A DNA stretch of 64,000 nt from IMG/VR virus record IMGVR_UViG_3300026549_001031; one strand, 5' to 3'. The position numbers and the translations under genes are program-made. Positions 28,470-37,317 of the stretch are shown here, piece after piece (within the stretch, counting starts at the first letter, position 1; each line of letters begins with the position of its first letter). Source of the stretch: a virus. Taxonomy: Duplodnaviria > Heunggongvirae > Uroviricota > Caudoviricetes. The notes below the pieces were generated by a model. That model made no database searches. It had not been told where the DNA came from and was given only the letters and a program-made list of their open reading frames with translations.

Positions 28470-28925
28470 ATGCACTACATCTTAATTATAGACTTGCATA
28501 GGGGATTGAGAGACAAGGAAAATAAGTATAGTCAGGCAGTAAGGTTTATTGACACTAACATAGGGAAATATGATAGGTCAATAGCAATAAATAGAAAGAG
28601 CAGTGGGAAAAAGAGTAAATGCAAGCTAGATGATCAGATGGACTTTGAGACACAAGGGGTTAAAGTCTTAGAGAAAACAGAGATTAACATAGAGTGGATA
28701 ATGAGTACACTGGACAAAGAGAAAGATACAGTGGATATAGTAGGATGTGACACTGAAGCAAATGTCATGGACATATTGTTTAAATTACAAAAAGTAGGGT
28801 TTGAAAAGGTGAACATATTAAAAGATTATGTTTATACAACTGCTGAAGGAAAAAGTAATAAGATTATGTTGGATCTTATGAAAAGAAACTTTGGAGCATG
28901 GTTAAAAAACAGAGTAAGCATATAA
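28470..28925 (+). CDS. hypothetical protein (151 aa)
   Basis: GGGAGGAAAGAGGGG RBS. Confidence 0.5.
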   Translation: MHYILIIDLHRGLRDKENKYSQAVRFIDTNIGKYDRSIAINRKSSGKKSKCKLDDQMDFETQGVKVLEKTEINIEWIMSTLDKEKDTVDIVGCDTEANVMDILFKLQKVGFEKVNILKDYVYTTAEGKSNKIMLDLMKRNFGAWLKNRVSI

Positions 28926-29004
28926 AGAAAAGGGTATACAGTGAAATAAGTTGGAGCATGTAAATAAAAGTGGTGCAGTGGATAAATAAAATAATACATT
29001 GGGT

Positions 29005-29033
29005 TTGACAGAGTTGGGTATATCTGGTATAAT
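29005..29033 (+). promoter_or_regulatory. consensus sigma-A promoter TTGACA-N17-TGgTATAAT
   Basis: TTGACA 29005-29010, 17-nt spacer, TATAAT 29028-29033 with TG at 29025-29026. Confidence 0.6.
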
Positions 29034-29088
29034 AAATTTATAAATTAAGGGCAGAGGTTATAAACAACATTTGAGTGAGGTAGATAGC

Positions 29089-29337
29089 ATGGCAGTGATA
29101 AAGATTGCATTGGCAGGATGTGGGTTGCTAACATATGTAGTTGTGATGGGATACATTGCTAAGGATTGTTTAAGACTTACAAGAGAAATCAAAAAGAACA
29201 TGAAAAAGTTGCAGGAACAGCGAGTGGAATATGCTAAATACCAAAAAGAGTTAGAGGCATACAGGGCAGAGGCTGAGGCAAAGCGAGCAGAGGTTGAGGC
29301 ATGGAGAGCCGAGGTTGAAGCAGTGAGTAAAAAGTGA
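29089..29337 (+). CDS. small TM-anchored coiled-coil protein with 3 tandem 21-bp (7-aa) repeats RAEAEAK/RAEVEAW/RAEVEAV
   Basis: ATG 29089 after GAGGTAGATAGC; N-terminal helix IALAGCGLLTYVVVMGYIA; tandem 21-nt repeats at about 29266-29328. Confidence 0.45.
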   Translation: MAVIKIALAGCGLLTYVVVMGYIAKDCLRLTREIKKNMKKLQEQRVEYAKYQKELEAYRAEAEAKRAEVEAWRAEVEAVSKK

Positions 29338-29356
29338 AGGGGCTTAGTTAATTAAA

Positions 29357-29539
29357 ATGGACAAGATTACATACATAGTTAACATAGCTGGAGGACTTCC
29401 TTTACTTATTGGGTTTGGTGGTTTAGCATTATATAGTTTATATGATCTCACTACAACAACAATATTAAGGGCATTGAAAAAGAGAGATGAGCAGTTAGAA
29501 GAAAAGGTCCGAACAGAGAGCAGAAAAGAAAAGCATTAA
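29357..29539 (+). CDS. small TM protein (60 aa)
   Basis: Hydrophobic GGLPLLIGFGGLALYSLY segment. Confidence 0.4.
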   Translation: MDKITYIVNIAGGLPLLIGFGGLALYSLYDLTTTTILRALKKRDEQLEEKVRTESRKEKH

Positions 29540-29701
29540 AAGAAGAAATGAGAATTGCTAAAGAAAGGGAAGAGCGTATAAATAGAGCAAGGATCAGGAA
29601 AGAAAAACAATTGGACAGTTAAAAGAAAGGGAAAGACAATGAGTTAAGTAGTAGGTTACAAAGTTTATTTTGATGGAAAACAGTTTAAAAATGAAGATAC
29701 A

Positions 29702-29968
29702 ATGAGTGAAGTACAGTCATTACCTGTAGACAGTACAGATATTTGGATGGATACAGTTGGACATGCTAGAGAAGCACTTGATAAGTACAATAAGCATATA
29801 GGGGAGATTAAGGTATGCAAGGATTGTGGTAGGTACTTCATTCAGTCACAAGATGAGGTTGATTGGTTTATTGAGAGAGACATGAAACCTCCTGTAAGAT
29901 GCATTACTTGTAGGAAAAAGAGAAAGAACGAGAAGAAGCAGGACAGTAGAAAGGAAAAGAAAGCATGA
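29702..29968 (+). CDS. zinc-ribbon protein (88 aa) with basic tail
   Basis: CKDCGRYF ... CITCRKKRKNEKK (CxxC...CxxC). Confidence 0.5.
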   Translation: MSEVQSLPVDSTDIWMDTVGHAREALDKYNKHIGEIKVCKDCGRYFIQSQDEVDWFIERDMKPPVRCITCRKKRKNEKKQDSRKEKKA

Positions 29969-30468
29969 TTGAAATATCAGCAAGCAGTGAGGTAATGGAG
30001 CAGCTCATCAATGATGAAAAGAAAGACATTGAGAATGTAAGCAGGGCAGAATCAATTAAAAAGGTACAGCAGTTCATCTCAGATAAGCAGGAAACTAGTT
30101 TAGATGATGAAAAGATCAATGCAGTGAATAAAAGATATAGCATCATATCAGTAATCGCCTTGGCAACTCTAATTACAATGGTCTTGGCAAGTATAATTGC
30201 ACTGTTTGCAGTAGGAATATTGTGGATACATGTCTTGGCTGTAGGCTTGGAATATGAGATTGGTTGTTTAGTCATCTTGTCTGTTTATTATACCTTGTGT
30301 GTTTCAAAAGACAGAAAACAAATCAAAGATGCTTACGAGAAAACAAATAAAGCAGTCAGTTTTGAGATGATTGATAGGGCAGATGAAGTGATGAGAGCAC
30401 TGGTTGAAGGTAAGGCATACACAATTAAAGATGCTGAAGCAGTGGTATCATCAGTTAAGAAAAAGTAA
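29965..30468 (+). CDS. membrane protein (167 aa, 2 TM)
   Basis: Start overlaps upstream stop (ATGA); helices ISVIALATLITMVLASIIALFAVGILWIHVLAVGL and CLVILSVYYTLCV. Confidence 0.5.
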   Translation: MIEISASSEVMEQLINDEKKDIENVSRAESIKKVQQFISDKQETSLDDEKINAVNKRYSIISVIALATLITMVLASIIALFAVGILWIHVLAVGLEYEIGCLVILSVYYTLCVSKDRKQIKDAYEKTNKAVSFEMIDRADEVMRALVEGKAYTIKDAEAVVSSVKKK

Positions 30469-30491
30469 GTATGATGGAGGACAGTTGAAAT

Positions 30492-31256
30492 ATGGAAAAC
30501 AGCACTAAGAATTTTTACTTGGTACATCTCAATGTTGTTTATGATGGCATTGCTGGTGGATACAATGTCATTGGAGAGATTGACAGCAACAGTGTGGTAG
30601 ACAGAGAGACAATAATTGAAAACCTGGTAAGCAACAGTAGACTTGAGGACATGGATGATGTTGAGTGCATTGAGAGTGTAATGTTAATCAGTGAAAAAGA
30701 TTATTCAAACTTGGTACAAATGTATGGGCATGTATGGTTTGGACCTTGTGGTAATGTATCAGGCACTGATTTGGTTTGTAAGAAAGAAGTTGAGACAGTA
30801 TACAGAGACAAAGCAGGCATTGATCTTGTAGAAATTAGCCTTAATGCAACAGCTCCTTACAGTGGAAATGAGTATTATGAGCATTATTGGATTAAGAAAG
30901 AGTCTTATGAAAAGATTAAGGAGGACTTACCTTCAGAGGAAAGTATCCCTGAATTAGATGGCAAACACAGTGAAGTTTCTGGAGATATCATTACTGAAGA
31001 GTATGGATACAATACAGATGAAGAATATGCAAAGGCAGGAAAAATCAGTACATTTGACAGTGATGATGAAATCCTGAAAAGATTATTGTCAGACTTATAC
31101 AGTGAGGCAGGGTTAGATTTTGACAGTGAGCAGGACGAAATCAATGAGTACTTCAATAATTTGGACTGTTACGTTGACTTAAATATTAAGGTGCCAGAGA
31201 GTTTAGTATCCGACATTGAGGAATTAGTCAATAAATACATTCAGGAAAATAAGTAG
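30492..31256 (+). CDS. acidic hypothetical protein (254 aa)
   Basis: GGAGGACAGTTGAAAT initiation motif. Confidence 0.55.
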   Translation: MENSTKNFYLVHLNVVYDGIAGGYNVIGEIDSNSVVDRETIIENLVSNSRLEDMDDVECIESVMLISEKDYSNLVQMYGHVWFGPCGNVSGTDLVCKKEVETVYRDKAGIDLVEISLNATAPYSGNEYYEHYWIKKESYEKIKEDLPSEESIPELDGKHSEVSGDIITEEYGYNTDEEYAKAGKISTFDSDDEILKRLLSDLYSEAGLDFDSEQDEINEYFNNLDCYVDLNIKVPESLVSDIEELVNKYIQENK

Positions 31257-31570
31257 ACAGTTGGAGGTATAAATATGTATGCATTATTTGAGAGTGTTTT
31301 AGGACTTGTAATCTGTTGTGTGGCGTACAGTGGTGTAAAAAGTGTACATAAAAGAAATAAACAGTGATGCATAAGAGAAAGGGTATCAAACATGGCAGCA
31401 TTTTGGTTTATACTTGCAGTTATTATAGTAGCATTTTTGATTTTCATGTTTCCTCATTTTGAGGGGATTGGAGATACAATTCTTAGGTTCTTTGGACTCG
31501 ACAATGATGACAAGGATCATAAGGATAAAGAGTAATAAAAGAAACAGGACAGTTAAAAGGAGAAAAGGAC

Positions 31571-32476
31571 ATGACAAGAGAAGAAGAAAGACTAATTAAG
31601 AAAAAGAGAATCACAGGGATTGTGACAGTAGTACTTGTGTTTCTAGTGGTAGGCATTGCAGCGGCACTTTGTACAGTGAGGGTACCTGCTGGATATGCAG
31701 CTGTTTGTTACAGTATGAATGGGGGTGTAAGTGGAAAGACATATGGCCAGGGTTGGCACTTCAAGAATCCTACAGTTAAGACAACGAATTATACAGTAGG
31801 CATTGAGCAGAGTTACTTAACAGCAAACAAAAAAGGTGATTCACCTAAGGATGAAAGTTTTTCAGCATCTTCTTCTGAAGGTAAGTCATTAACAATTGAT
31901 CTTACATACACTTACAAGTTTGAGAGAAAGAATGTTTGTAAGGTATTTACAGAGTTTAAGGGTCTTAACGGTGATGATGTAAGAGATACATTTATCAAAC
32001 CTAACATTGTTTCATGGTCAAAAGAAGTGATCTGTAAGTATGAGGTTTCGGACATAATTGGTTCAAAACGCGATGAGGTAAATAAGGCACTGACAAAGAA
32101 TTTGGCAGCAAGATTTGAGCCTTATGGCATTTCAATTAATAATGTGTCAATGCTTGATGTTTCAGTAGACAAGAAAACAATGAAAGTAATCAATGATAAG
32201 ATTGCAGCTCAGCAGGATGCAGAGACACAGGCAATTAAGAATAAGACAAACATTGATAAGGCGAAAGCAGATGCAGAAGTGAAAAGGACACAGGCTCAGG
32301 CAGATGCAGATGCAAAGGTCATTGAGGCTAAAGCAGAGGCAGATGCTAATAAGAAGCTTAACAGCTCAATTACAGAAAACCTCATTAAAATGAAAGAGGC
32401 AGAGGCACGATACAAACATGGTTGGGTCACTGTTAAAGGGGCAGATACAGTAGTAACTGATGCAAAAGAGAAATAA
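31571..32476 (+). CDS. SPFH/band-7 family membrane protein (HflK/C- or flotillin-like) with N-terminal TM and Ala/Glu/Lys/Asp-rich coiled-coil tail
   Basis: TM helix ITGIVTVVLVFLVVGIAAALC, SPFH-like core (...DLTYTYKFERKNVCKVFTEFKG...IKPNIVSWSKEVICKYEVSDIIGSKRDEVNKAL...ISINNVSMLDVSVD), then KAKADAEVKRTQAQADADAKVIEAKAEADANKK repeats. Confidence 0.65.
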   Translation: MTREEERLIKKKRITGIVTVVLVFLVVGIAAALCTVRVPAGYAAVCYSMNGGVSGKTYGQGWHFKNPTVKTTNYTVGIEQSYLTANKKGDSPKDESFSASSSEGKSLTIDLTYTYKFERKNVCKVFTEFKGLNGDDVRDTFIKPNIVSWSKEVICKYEVSDIIGSKRDEVNKALTKNLAARFEPYGISINNVSMLDVSVDKKTMKVINDKIAAQQDAETQAIKNKTNIDKAKADAEVKRTQAQADADAKVIEAKAEADANKKLNSSITENLIKMKEAEARYKHGWVTVKGADTVVTDAKEK

Positions 32477-32505
32477 AAAAAGAGAGTGAGCAGAGAATAA
32501 GGAGG

Positions 32506-33303
32506 ATGAGCATTATGAGAAGTAAGAGTAAGTCATTGTTAATAATGATTTTAGCAATGTGTTTAATCATTGGTTGTGCATTACCAGTGAATGTTGAGGC
32601 AGCTAGTAAGAGTAAGAAAAACACTTGGAAAAATGTAGACAGTATCACAACTACATTGGTAGAAAGTGATTATTCTGATCAGCAAGATGTATATAAGCTT
32701 AAAGTTACAAAGGATTATCAGGTCAGATTTAAGATCAACCTTACAGATGTGGGGGATTATCCATTAAAGTTTGTTGGTTTTGATATTTTCGATGAAAATT
32801 ATCATTACAAAACATCAATGAGAATTGATGAAAAAACAGGAGTTGGATACATTTACCTTGATAAGGGTACATACTATTATACCTGTTATGCTCAAAATAA
32901 TGATATTTACCTTGATTGTCACGGAGTTACTAACATTAAGATGAAACTTGACATTGCTGTAAGAAACATTACTAAACTTCCATCTACAATAGAGGTAAGA
33001 TCAAAATACAGGGATAAGAGCTACATTGAAATTAAGTTTGGTGTGATGAGTACATATCAAAATCAGTCATTGCTTTCAGGCGATAGGACAGAGTGGCAGA
33101 TTGCTACATCAAAGAATATGAAAAAGAATAAAAAGTCATACACTGTTGCAGGTAGTGCTATAGAATTTGATAGGACTGATGGCATAAAACCTAACAAAGC
33201 TTATTACTTAAGAGCAAGGTCTTATTTGAAGTTACATGATGGTTCATATGCATATGGTCCTTGGAGTAAGGTAATCAAGATTGACAAAGCAAAGAAAGCA
33301 TAG
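32506..33303 (+). CDS. secreted protein or lipoprotein (265 aa)
   Basis: Signal peptide LLIMILAMCLIIGCALPVNVEAAS (possible lipobox IIGC or SPase I site VEA-A). Confidence 0.55.
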   Translation: MSIMRSKSKSLLIMILAMCLIIGCALPVNVEAASKSKKNTWKNVDSITTTLVESDYSDQQDVYKLKVTKDYQVRFKINLTDVGDYPLKFVGFDIFDENYHYKTSMRIDEKTGVGYIYLDKGTYYYTCYAQNNDIYLDCHGVTNIKMKLDIAVRNITKLPSTIEVRSKYRDKSYIEIKFGVMSTYQNQSLLSGDRTEWQIATSKNMKKNKKSYTVAGSAIEFDRTDGIKPNKAYYLRARSYLKLHDGSYAYGPWSKVIKIDKAKKA

Positions 33304-33385
33304 CTAAAATAGCAAAAGCTGTGGGGTATAGAGGATATGCCTCACAGCTTTTTGAGTTTATGCAGGGAAAGGAAATAGAAAAGGC

Positions 33386-33796
33386 ATGGATGGTTTAGAG
33401 AGGTTGTTCACTGCGCTTATACTGGGTATTGCACTAATGTCTGCAAGTTTTCTTATAATAACATGTTTTCCAGACATTGGAAATAAGTTAGAGACACAGA
33501 TAGCTAGCTTGAATACAGAGTTAAATGAGAAAACAGCATCAACAGAAAAAATCAAAACAGTTAAGAAAGATAATACACCTAGGGATGATGAATCATACTT
33601 CAACAGATACTTGGTATTTATACATAAGACATTTGGTACAGGTGTTACATATGTAGATGGAGTTAAACAGAGTGATAAATTTGATGCATCAAAGGAAAAG
33701 TACAATAAGCAGTACTATTATAGTCTGGACAGTAAGTTTAATTTGCAGCTTGAAAGTAAGAGTAAATACAGGGCAGAGCATAAAGAAACAGCATAG
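33386..33796 (+). CDS. TM-anchored hypothetical protein (136 aa)
   Basis: N-terminal helix LFTALILGIALMSASFLIITCF. Confidence 0.45.
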   Translation: MDGLERLFTALILGIALMSASFLIITCFPDIGNKLETQIASLNTELNEKTASTEKIKTVKKDNTPRDDESYFNRYLVFIHKTFGTGVTYVDGVKQSDKFDASKEKYNKQYYYSLDSKFNLQLESKSKYRAEHKETA

Positions 33797-33801
33797 GAGT
33801 A

Positions 33802-34416
33802 ATGGAAATGAGTGAGAAAAGCATTAAGAGAGAAGAGAATGACATTGAAAAAAGGGAGCATAAGATTAAAAAGAAAAAGAAGCAACTTAAAAGTATGAGA
33901 ATGGACTTTGAGGAAGAAGTAAGTGACTTTGAAGAAAAAATGAATGACTTTCAGGAAGAAGTTGAATCATTTGAAAATAGAAAAAGTATCTGTCATATTT
34001 GTGGTGATACAAGGATTGATGGCGAGTGTAGTAAGTGTAATATGAGAAAACAGGCATTGCATGATATCATTGAAATTAAGAGACAACTTGGGGATGATGC
34101 ATTACTTGATTTTGATAGGGCAGAGATGTCATTATATGGACTTACGTTCACAGTAGCTGGGGCAGCACTGGTAGTATTGGCTGGACTTTTATTCCAGTGC
34201 TTTTACATGATACCAGTAGTATTGGTACTAGGGTTGTTAGTGGCTGGATACGTTCAGAGAATTGCTAGTATCAAGAGAAAATGGATTGGAGTATTTAACA
34301 AACTGGAGTTATCTGAAAAGTTTAATCTTGATGATTTTATGAACGGCACTATTGATAAGGCAGAGGAGAGACTTAAAACAGGTCAGGCAGACACCTTATT
34401 TGAAGCACTTTCATAA
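33802..34416 (+). CDS. zinc-ribbon + TM protein (204 aa)
   Basis: CHICGDTRIDGECSKCNMRK CxxC...CxxC; helices LTFTVAGAALVVLAGLLFQCFYMIPVVLVLGLLVAGYV. Confidence 0.5.
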   Translation: MEMSEKSIKREENDIEKREHKIKKKKKQLKSMRMDFEEEVSDFEEKMNDFQEEVESFENRKSICHICGDTRIDGECSKCNMRKQALHDIIEIKRQLGDDALLDFDRAEMSLYGLTFTVAGAALVVLAGLLFQCFYMIPVVLVLGLLVAGYVQRIASIKRKWIGVFNKLELSEKFNLDDFMNGTIDKAEERLKTGQADTLFEALS

Positions 34417-34440
34417 TAAAAGAAAGGGAGGGCAGTTAGG

Positions 34441-34908
34441 ATGGAAAAGTTAGTAAGGAGAAGCAATGAGATCACTAGAAAATATCAATTATACACTGCT
34501 ATTTACATGGGCATAGTAAGTATGGCATTGATAGTCATGGATTGTGTTAGTAAAGTGCATAGTATTGCAAAGTGGGCAGATATAGCAATAATGCTAATTA
34601 GCATTGTTATGTTTGTACAGGCACTTGTACACTTCACAATAGACTACGATGTAATAAATACAGGGAACAAATTCAAAATAGCAGTACTATTTGCAGTGAT
34701 ACAGTTAATCGAAAATATTGCAATCCTAGTATGCCTTGTAATTGATACAGTCACAATAGAGGGGTACACAGTATTAAGAGCATTCTTTGTGTTCTTGTGT
34801 GGTTTGATGTTTGAATGTGAAATAGTAGAGTACATTGCATCAATAAAAGATTTACGTATGAAAAGTAAAATTGGCAAGGATATAAAAAAGAACAGCATTG
34901 GCAAGTAA
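34441..34908 (+). CDS. multi-pass membrane protein (155 aa)
   Basis: Four hydrophobic segments. Confidence 0.5.
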   Translation: MEKLVRRSNEITRKYQLYTAIYMGIVSMALIVMDCVSKVHSIAKWADIAIMLISIVMFVQALVHFTIDYDVINTGNKFKIAVLFAVIQLIENIAILVCLVIDTVTIEGYTVLRAFFVFLCGLMFECEIVEYIASIKDLRMKSKIGKDIKKNSIGK

Positions 34909-34918
34909 GGAGAAGAAA

Positions 34919-35344
34919 GTGAAAGTGGTTGAAAGACAGTATCAATTATCATCAATTATAGTAATGTTTGCATTAAGTTGTGCTATGTTAGCAGTAAGTA
35001 TTGCACCTGAATTGACAAGTTTAGCAGTAAAGAATACTGTAGTAATTTTTTGTTTATGCGGTTTGATGCTATTTCAGAGATTAGCTTGCATGATTCTTGC
35101 AGAACTTAAACAGGGATTAACAGATGATCTGCAGTTGTTATTTTCAGGAATGCAGTCAGTTGAAAATCTTGTAATTACTTGTTGCATTATGATAAATATA
35201 GTACAATATGGAATGAATATGAACAGTAGAATTATCATTTTAGCAATGTTTTCAACTTCCTTCTTGATTGAAGTGATTGGATGCACTAGATGTATCAATA
35301 GAGTCAGTGCTAAAGAAGCAATGAACACTAGAAAATCAGTTTAG
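34919..35344 (+). CDS. multi-pass membrane protein (about 141 aa; GTG start after AAGGAGAAG RBS)
   Basis: Track start 34898 is TTG inside upstream gene end; GTG 34919 has RBS at 34907-34915; 3-4 hydrophobic helices. Confidence 0.45.
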   Translation: MKVVERQYQLSSIIVMFALSCAMLAVSIAPELTSLAVKNTVVIFCLCGLMLFQRLACMILAELKQGLTDDLQLLFSGMQSVENLVITCCIMINIVQYGMNMNSRIIILAMFSTSFLIEVIGCTRCINRVSAKEAMNTRKSV

Positions 35345-35439
35345 CATAAGAGAATGAAATATGCTTATTGGATTTAGGTATAATAAGCATATTGTAATGT
35401 TTGGATATACAGTAATAGTTTGACATATGTAATACAGAC

Positions 35440-35830
35440 ATGGGTTCAGAAAATATTTGGAAAAAATTGGGTAATTAAAGCATCAGAAAAAGGGATGAGC
35501 AGTGGTGGAAAATTAGGTATGCATTGGTGAAAAATTAGGGTTCGACAGTGATGAAAATTTTGGTAAGCAGTAGGTAAAAATTGAAAGCAGTGAAATGGCT
35601 ATTTAGCAATTTCATAAAAAGTGTTGGTTAGATGATAAATGAAAGGTCAAACTAATAAGTGAAATCAGCTAAAGATAGAGTATAGATAATACATAGTAAA
35701 AAGAGGTATGCAGTGGGTATAAATTGAGTATACAGTGACTTGTAAGACATTGGGAAAAATTAGCGTGGGCATACATAGATAGACATAGTAGTTGGTTTAT
35801 CTTTTACATATAGAAAATTGGTTTAACATA
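35440..35830. repeat. non-coding region with at least 7 direct copies of GAAAA(A)TT(A/T/G)GG, four of them phased every 23-24 bp (iteron-like array)
   Basis: Copies near 35452, 35465, 35505, 35528, 35552, 35576, 35755, 35810; region 35345-35890 has no ORF >60 aa; contains GGGATGAGCAGTGG (35492-35505) also found at 20784-20796. Confidence 0.45.
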
Positions 35831-35891
35831 ATAATTAGCATAAAGAGTATTAAATAATAAATTTATTTATTTTATTTAGGAGGATTGACTT

Positions 35892-37295
35892 ATGAATGCA
35901 AGTGATTGTACATATGACAAGGAAAGAAGAACATTGATTGATGATAATGGACAGCCATTTGCGGCTTCAAACATTGAGCAGTTTAGGACATACTTAAGAA
36001 TAAATCCAGCATATATGTTAGACATATGTACAAGGACAGTTGGCATTGGGGAAACTCTAAAAAACATGATTAGCTGGGATAGCGCACAGGAGAAATTTGA
36101 TGAATCAGTAGAAAAGAAAGATTACAAGTTCATGTATACAGTGCATTTATTTTTAGAGACAATGTCAGAATACATGAGCGTAGTAAAAAATGACTCTAAC
36201 ATGGCTAATTTGATGTATGAGCAAGATGAAACAGGAAGTTACTTTAGAATTAAAAAGAATGCACTTGATACTATGGGACCTAACAAGTTGTTTATTTGCA
36301 ACGATGGTTTAAGTAGCAGTAGGTATGACAAATATACATCAGGTAAACTTGATTCAGACCAGATGAGTGTGATGGAGATACAGTGTTGTAAAACACTATG
36401 TACATATAACATAATTAACTGTGCAAGGTATGCTCAGAGTATGACATCTAAGAGGGAGTTTAATACAGAAGTAAGAAAGTTTAAGAAAGAGTTAGAAAAA
36501 GAATTGAGCAAGCTTGATGGAGAAGATGCAGCTAAAAAGATAGAGAATGTTAGTGAAAACCTAGGAGGCGGACAGGCAATAGAAGGCAATGGGCATGAGA
36601 GTGCAGGAGTCCAGCAGGTAGAGGAAAAGAGAGTAGAGACACATAGCAATAGTGAGTATACAAAAGCAGTTATGACAGGTGGGGTACTTCAATTTGCTAG
36701 ACAGACAGAGGATGGAGAGAATAGAATCAGGGTGTTTAGTAGTGAGGACAGTTTAATTGAGACTGCTGGACATTGTAAACAATATGTTGACTTCTTAATG
36801 GGAAAAGTAAGGAGTGCAGTAGATAAATTAGTATCTGCATATGAGGAAGTGGATTCTAACTCTGAAACAGTAGATGAAGCAGTAGATAAATTGATTGAGA
36901 ATCATCCTTTTGACATAAACTCCATGTTAATGGATGTGACCAACAGTGTACAAGAGGTACTGGTCATTACTAGAGGTAGAGAGGACATATATCAGGAGTT
37001 AAAAGATCATTTCATAATGTCAAATAAGAACATTCATGGAAAATTGTCTAAGGCATTTAAGGAAAAAGCAGACTTTGAGGATGAAAATAGTTCAGACATA
37101 TATTTAGGAATTGTGTCTAAACCTGTTGATAAGTTTGATACCCTGATTGACCCTTGGCTAAGCAGGGATGAGAAGAGAGAACTTGTAGATGGAGCAGAGC
37201 AGGCAGCTAGGATGCAGACACTTGCAATAATTAGAATGTCTAACTCAATTAAGAGTGATGAGTATACACTAGATACAGTGTGCACAATCAATTAA
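35892..37295 (+). CDS. hypothetical protein (467 aa)
   Basis: TTTAGGAGGATTGACTT RBS, ORF behind long non-coding region. Confidence 0.6.
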   Translation: MNASDCTYDKERRTLIDDNGQPFAASNIEQFRTYLRINPAYMLDICTRTVGIGETLKNMISWDSAQEKFDESVEKKDYKFMYTVHLFLETMSEYMSVVKNDSNMANLMYEQDETGSYFRIKKNALDTMGPNKLFICNDGLSSSRYDKYTSGKLDSDQMSVMEIQCCKTLCTYNIINCARYAQSMTSKREFNTEVRKFKKELEKELSKLDGEDAAKKIENVSENLGGGQAIEGNGHESAGVQQVEEKRVETHSNSEYTKAVMTGGVLQFARQTEDGENRIRVFSSEDSLIETAGHCKQYVDFLMGKVRSAVDKLVSAYEEVDSNSETVDEAVDKLIENHPFDINSMLMDVTNSVQEVLVITRGREDIYQELKDHFIMSNKNIHGKLSKAFKEKADFEDENSSDIYLGIVSKPVDKFDTLIDPWLSRDEKRELVDGAEQAARMQTLAIIRMSNSIKSDEYTLDTVCTIN

Positions 37296-37317
37296 AAATA
37301 GTTTGGAGGACAGCTGA

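Noticed and set aside
35527-35545. tRNA-like T-loop motif GGGTTCGACAG
   Set aside because: No acceptor or anticodon stems can be built around it. It is part of the iteron-like repeat unit.
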